Source: Leucoraja erinacea (taxonomy: Eukaryota). Taken from it: a stretch of 64,000 bases of DNA. The stretch spans positions 15,810,001 to 15,874,000 of the forward strand of contig NC_073387.1 of assembly GCF_028641065.1 (NCBI RefSeq). The letters are read 5' to 3'. Position 1 is the first letter of the stretch. Each line of letters begins with the position of its first letter. This document shows, in pieces, positions 59,342-64,000 of the stretch. The translations under genes and the position numbers were made by a program. The notes beneath the pieces were generated by a model. That model had not been told where the DNA came from. It did not search any database and was given only the letters and a program-made list of their open reading frames with translations.

Positions 59342-61017
59342 CTCTGAATCTCATTGATCTGTTTTTCACAGTTGAGGCAAGTCCACAGCGCCCTCTGCTG
59401 GGCAGTGACGTCACAGCTGCACCATCTCCTGACTCTCAGATACAGTCAGTCTTCAGTGGAGACCAATGGACTAATCACAGCAGAACACGAGCAACACAGA
59501 TCAGATCCGTCTGAATAACGCGGTCTATCTGATGACCCAACATGTTACAGTGGAGGATGGGAAGCTGTATGTGTGTGAAGTGCGGGAAAAAGGAAAAATC
59601 GTTCATACAAGTAACGCCAATTTTAATGTTATTTTGGGTAAGTGTCAATATCTCATATTAGATATTGAGTATACACTTGTACCATTGGTGCTTATTATAA
59701 CATCCTGTGTGCACCCTGTGAAGAATTGTAGTTCATGGCAAAAATCTCTCTTGTACAAAATGCTTCAGTGTTCAAGGAGAAGCTTCAAGAAAGTCCCCCT
59801 GTGGAGCAGCTGCCTGTTCATCTCTGTTTGACAGATACACAATACTGAAATAATTAATTTAATATGTTTAGTAAGAGTAACTCAGTGGGGCATTACTGGA
59901 GAAGATTAATAAGTGAAGTTTTGGGTCAGAACTCTTCTTCAGGTTGAAGTGATTCCAGCTGCTCCGGACTCGGGCTTCTGATCAGCATTCAGCTGGGAGC
60001 AGGACCCAGGGAGAGGGAAGGGCTGGGAACCAATGGGTGTGAATGGGAGAGGGATGGTGGGAATAATGGGAATGAAGGGAAGGTTGGAATTGGATGCAAA
60101 GAGAGGAAGGAGGCAGCTGGTGGGCAGAGAAATGTGACAGAGGGTGGGGTAGGGCTGATGTTTGCAGCATGCTGGTTCTGTATGAGGTTTAGTGAGAGGG
60201 TCAGGAGACGTTCACCATTCCCATGGGGGATTCACTGGGGTGCCAGACCAGCTCATTATTGTGTAAAACCTGAAGTGTTTTGTTGTGGAATTCATGCAAG
60301 GTCACATTTTGAAACATCAGATGAACAAAACAGAAAGAATTTTAATAAAAATCTGGTTGGGAATTTTTACCTGATTACCCCTTGTGCCTCAGTAACTGTG
60401 ATGCTGAAAGGAGTTATATTCTTTTGTCTCTCTGCTATGGACATATTCAGCACATGTCACACACTTCACTGCTCCAGCACAGATCACAGTGAAGTCCAGC
60501 TGGTTTGCGATTGTCTTCCTGGTTCCGGACCTGGACATCTAGTCGCCTAAAAGACCAGCAGGAAGTAATAGCATCAGCAACACTCTCTCAACCCATCAAT
60601 GTCACCAAGGCCACTTTCAGGAATTGACTTTCAAACTAATTTGTAGCTTTCCACCTTTATACCTGCTCAGACTTAACATAATCGTTACATCAAGCTTTTA
60701 AATGCATTGCATTTCCTGCCATTACTTAAAAGTGAGAATCAGTTTTCTTCACACTGGTTCAACATCTGTATTCAGCTTCCATAGATATTGTGGAAAAACA
60801 ATGAAGATGAATGATGCAACAACAAAAATGACCATTGCTGGGATATTTGCTGTCCCTTCAGCTTGTATTTCAGAATTATAACAACTAACAATAATGATTT
60901 TACTCAAAAATAAAATTTCATTTCTCACTCAGGTGTAGAAATGAGGGAGAACTAAACTGTTGGAGGTTGTATCTATAAGATTATATAATCACTGATATGT
61001 TGCCCGCTAACTCTGAA

Positions 61018-61313
61018 GGGCACGGTGGTGCAGTGGCAGAGTTGCTGCCTTACAGTGCCAGAGACCCAGGTTAGATCCTGACTACTGCTGCTGTCTGTAC
61101 CTAATTTGTACATTCTCCACTTGACCGCTTGGGTTTTCTCTGAGATATTTGGTTTCCTTCCACACTCCAAAAATGTACAGATGTGTAGGATAATTGGCTT
61201 GGTATAAATGTGAATTGCCTCTAGAGTGTGTATATAAGTGTGCACGGTTCGCTGGTTTGTTGGGTCTCAGTGTGCCGAGTGGCCTCTTTCTGTGCTGTAT
61301 CTCTTAACTAAAC
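61018..61313 (+). mobile_element. HE1/V-SINE-type SINE
   Basis: Duplicate of 8972-9270. Confidence 0.8.
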
Positions 61314-62744
61314 TCACCTGCATTTCGTGGATCTACAGATATCAATATGTGAATTGTTGCCATTGTCCTGACCATTATTTATCCACAAATCAACAGTTAT
61401 TAATCTGAATATTAGCACATTGTGAGAACATTCTCTGTGGAGATTGGTTGCTGAATTTCCATCATTCTTACCACGGCTACTCCTGCCAGTGCCCATCATT
61501 TTGTCAGTGGACTTTCCACCAAGATGGTTGTGAGACTGGGGTTTATCTTTTGATGTGAAGTGTAGAGAGGGAGGATATCATAGTGCCAGACATTACTGTA
61601 CAGTTATTGTAAACTTTCTATATCAACTAAGGGATTGTCACCACAATAAAAACAAATGTGATCACTTTTCCTTTATTTTGAATGTAGGGTGGCAGAGGTC
61701 TCATAGATCTTGGTAATTACAAAAGGACACACATATATACCAACAGACAGAGGTTAGGGACCCTTGTAAGAACAGCTGTTGATGGGTAAATTATCTCTCA
61801 AGGAAGGGTGAGATCATGTTATCATTGAAGGGGATAATCTATGAGTGAGGCAAATCATGGATGCAGGAACCATGTTTAAATCACCACAGGGAACTGAAGT
61901 GGTTCAGTGTCTGATGAAAAGCAGAGGCACTGTGTTGAAGAAGAAATGGCAAAGTGATGGAAACAGAGAGCTGAGCTACAGTAAAGAGCTTGGAGCTCTG
62001 GAGGCTGTGGGGATCCACTCGGAGAGGAATTTAATGAGAAATGAAATTCAGAGAAAGGACTTGAGTGCCTTGAGGGTATGAGGGAACCAACATGGAGTTA
62101 GCTGCATCATCTGGCTGGGGGAGAGTGTGGGAGGGAAAGGAAGAGCCGAGGAAGGGGAGAATGCAGGGAACTGGATCATCAGTCTGAGACAACTTGAAAT
62201 TAGGAAATTCAATACTCGTGCCTTTGGGTTGCTGGCTACTGTAGTATAGCCAGGCGTTTAGAAGAATACCACCTTATATTCCACCACGGAAAGTTTACAA
62301 CCAATGGTATGTACATGAAATATTCTAATTTGAGGAAACATACACCTTCTGTGTTGCACTCTCCCCCTCTTTCTGAACCACCTCTAATACTCACATTTAT
62401 GTTTCCTCTCCCATCTCCCCTCTCCAGTCCCCCTTTCTCCTCTCCCTCTGTCTCCCGGCTCCATCTCCTCTCCACCCACACACTTCACCACTGGATCCCC
62501 TCCCCCATCCGGTTCCATCTGCCCTTTATCTCTCCCTTAATGGTTCCCATCAGCACTATCATCACTTATCCGATTCCAGCACTTGTTGGCCCCGTCTTCT
62601 GTCTGTATCGTTCAATCTAAGAAGAAACCTATCAATTCCCTAATATTACACTTTCATATTTTGCTGTAACATGGATCGTGCATTTCAGCACCTCAAACAG
62701 CGCCTGGCTGCTGGAAAACACAGGCGCCCTGGAATGAGCTGTGG

Positions 62745-62952
62745 CGAGAGATAGAGAGAGAGAGAAAGCAAGTTAGAGAGAGAGAGAGAGCAAGTTAGGG
62801 AGATAGAGGGTGCGACAGTGATTGAGAGAGAAGGCGAGTGAGATAGAGAGGGCGATATAGTGAAAGAGGGCGAGAGAGATGGAAAGGGTGGGCGAGGGAG
62901 ATAGTGAGAGGGAGAGAGAGAAGGAGAGAGAGGGTGGGAGAGATGGAGAGAC
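62745..62952. repeat. GA-rich simple repeat at the duplication boundary
   Basis: Degenerate (GA)n. Confidence 0.9.
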
Positions 62953-63465
62953 GATAATTAGCAATGTTACAACATTTTGAGATTTTAAAAATCAAGTCTG
63001 CAATTTATTCCATCAGATAAAGCATAACAAGTTTAATTTGACACCAAATTCACTTTCATATCTCAAGTATTAAAAAGGTTATGGCCATTTTCATACTCGG
63101 AAATTAGCATCTTGTTCCCTATTGATTTTCTATGGACATTACAAAAAAGCTGTGATCTTGGATAGTCAAAAGCCCGTAACTTTCTTAAGAATTAAGAGAA
63201 CTGAATGAAATTTTCACTTATCATAGATTGAAGCATTCTGAAAAAATATAAAACAATCTTACTTGGATGACCTGAAATTAAAGCATATAATTAGCTAATT
63301 ACCTAATTGTAGCTAATTACAAAATTGACCGATGTGACAGAAATGGTAATAAACAACCAGACTGCCTTGAAAATTCAAAAATGTGATATTCTCAAGATCA
63401 GAACTTTAATATTATTGTTTAATATGCTGTAAGTCAGTTATGGATAGGTAAATAAATTACAATTT

Positions 63466-63999
63466 CTAGCAAAAGACCAAGTCTTTATGGAGAAGATCAG
63501 CTGCTAGCTGGTACATTGGCATATCATAATCAGTAGCATCATCATACTCCTCAGACTGCAACCAATAAGCAACTCTGTACACGTTGTTTTTCCTCAATTT
63601 TTCAATTTTGGCATTGTAAACTACAAGTTTTTGATCTTCAAACCACGCATGGCATGCCTTTCCGCCAACTACTTTCCCACTAATAATGTCGTGTAGATCA
63701 TCACATTTGGAATAGTCCAAATTCGGATAATCTCTGCGAATGCTGTCGAAATCAGTCTCTTTCAATTCTTTCCCTAGTTTTTTGCTCTCTTTCGTGTCTC
63801 GAGCATGCTCCTTGCCTTTCTGTCGCTTGATGATTTCTGCTCTCAATTCCTTCTGTTTTTTCTTCCGTCTGTTCCTCTGCACTCTCCCCCATGTCACTGC
63901 CTTACAGAGCACCCCCTCCCTACGATGCTCCTCGAGATTATCAAGGAAGTTGACTGTTCTATTCTTGCAGGCCCGCATCCTACATGACAAATAACACAT
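63466..63999 (-). mobile_element. C-terminal part of an unclassified DNA-transposon-like ORF, running off the window
   Basis: 177 open, intronless codons with a basic coiled region and CHAWF..YNAKI..; AT-rich subterminal-like sequence at 62955-63460. Confidence 0.45.
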
Positions 64000-64000
64000 G

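Larger units (their letters stand above)
53905..60630 (+). pseudogene. Ig receptor pseudogene copy B: leader 53905-53992, D1 54872-55208, D2 59372-59637, D3 remnant ~60455-60630
   Basis: Leader MRPKFLCSGFPDGLMFGVFVFLLRPVPTQ; same frameshifts and stops as copy A. Confidence 0.9.
52695..62745. repeat. Segmental duplication copy B
   Basis: Direct repeat of ~1640-10860. Confidence 0.97.

Overview
Repeat-rich vertebrate genomic DNA. The repeat complement (HE1-type V-SINEs, CR1/HER1, Penelope-like elements, Rex1, L1, RTE-X, Gypsy) points to a cartilaginous fish, most likely a skate or ray (inference). The core is a segmentally duplicated cluster of Ig-superfamily receptor genes. On the minus strand (15983-26305) I can assemble an apparently intact gene of 11 coding exons with canonical GT-AG introns. 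It encodes an 899-aa type I membrane protein: leader, eight Ig domains in a twice-repeated V(no Cys)-C2-V-C2(WxC) cassette, a transmembrane helix with the same R-x4-K spacing as TCR alpha/delta, and a short tyrosine-free tail. This suggests an adaptor-coupled activating receptor distantly resembling CD4/LAG-3, G6F-like or DICP proteins. The window also holds an orphan duplicate of its promoter and leader about 15 kb upstream, beyond a PNMA-like-gag Gypsy element. Two copies of an oppositely oriented paralogous pseudogene lie inside ~10-kb direct repeats about 51 kb apart. Many Penelope-derived termini carry hammerhead-ribozyme-like motifs. All models were read by eye; no database searches or expression data were available.
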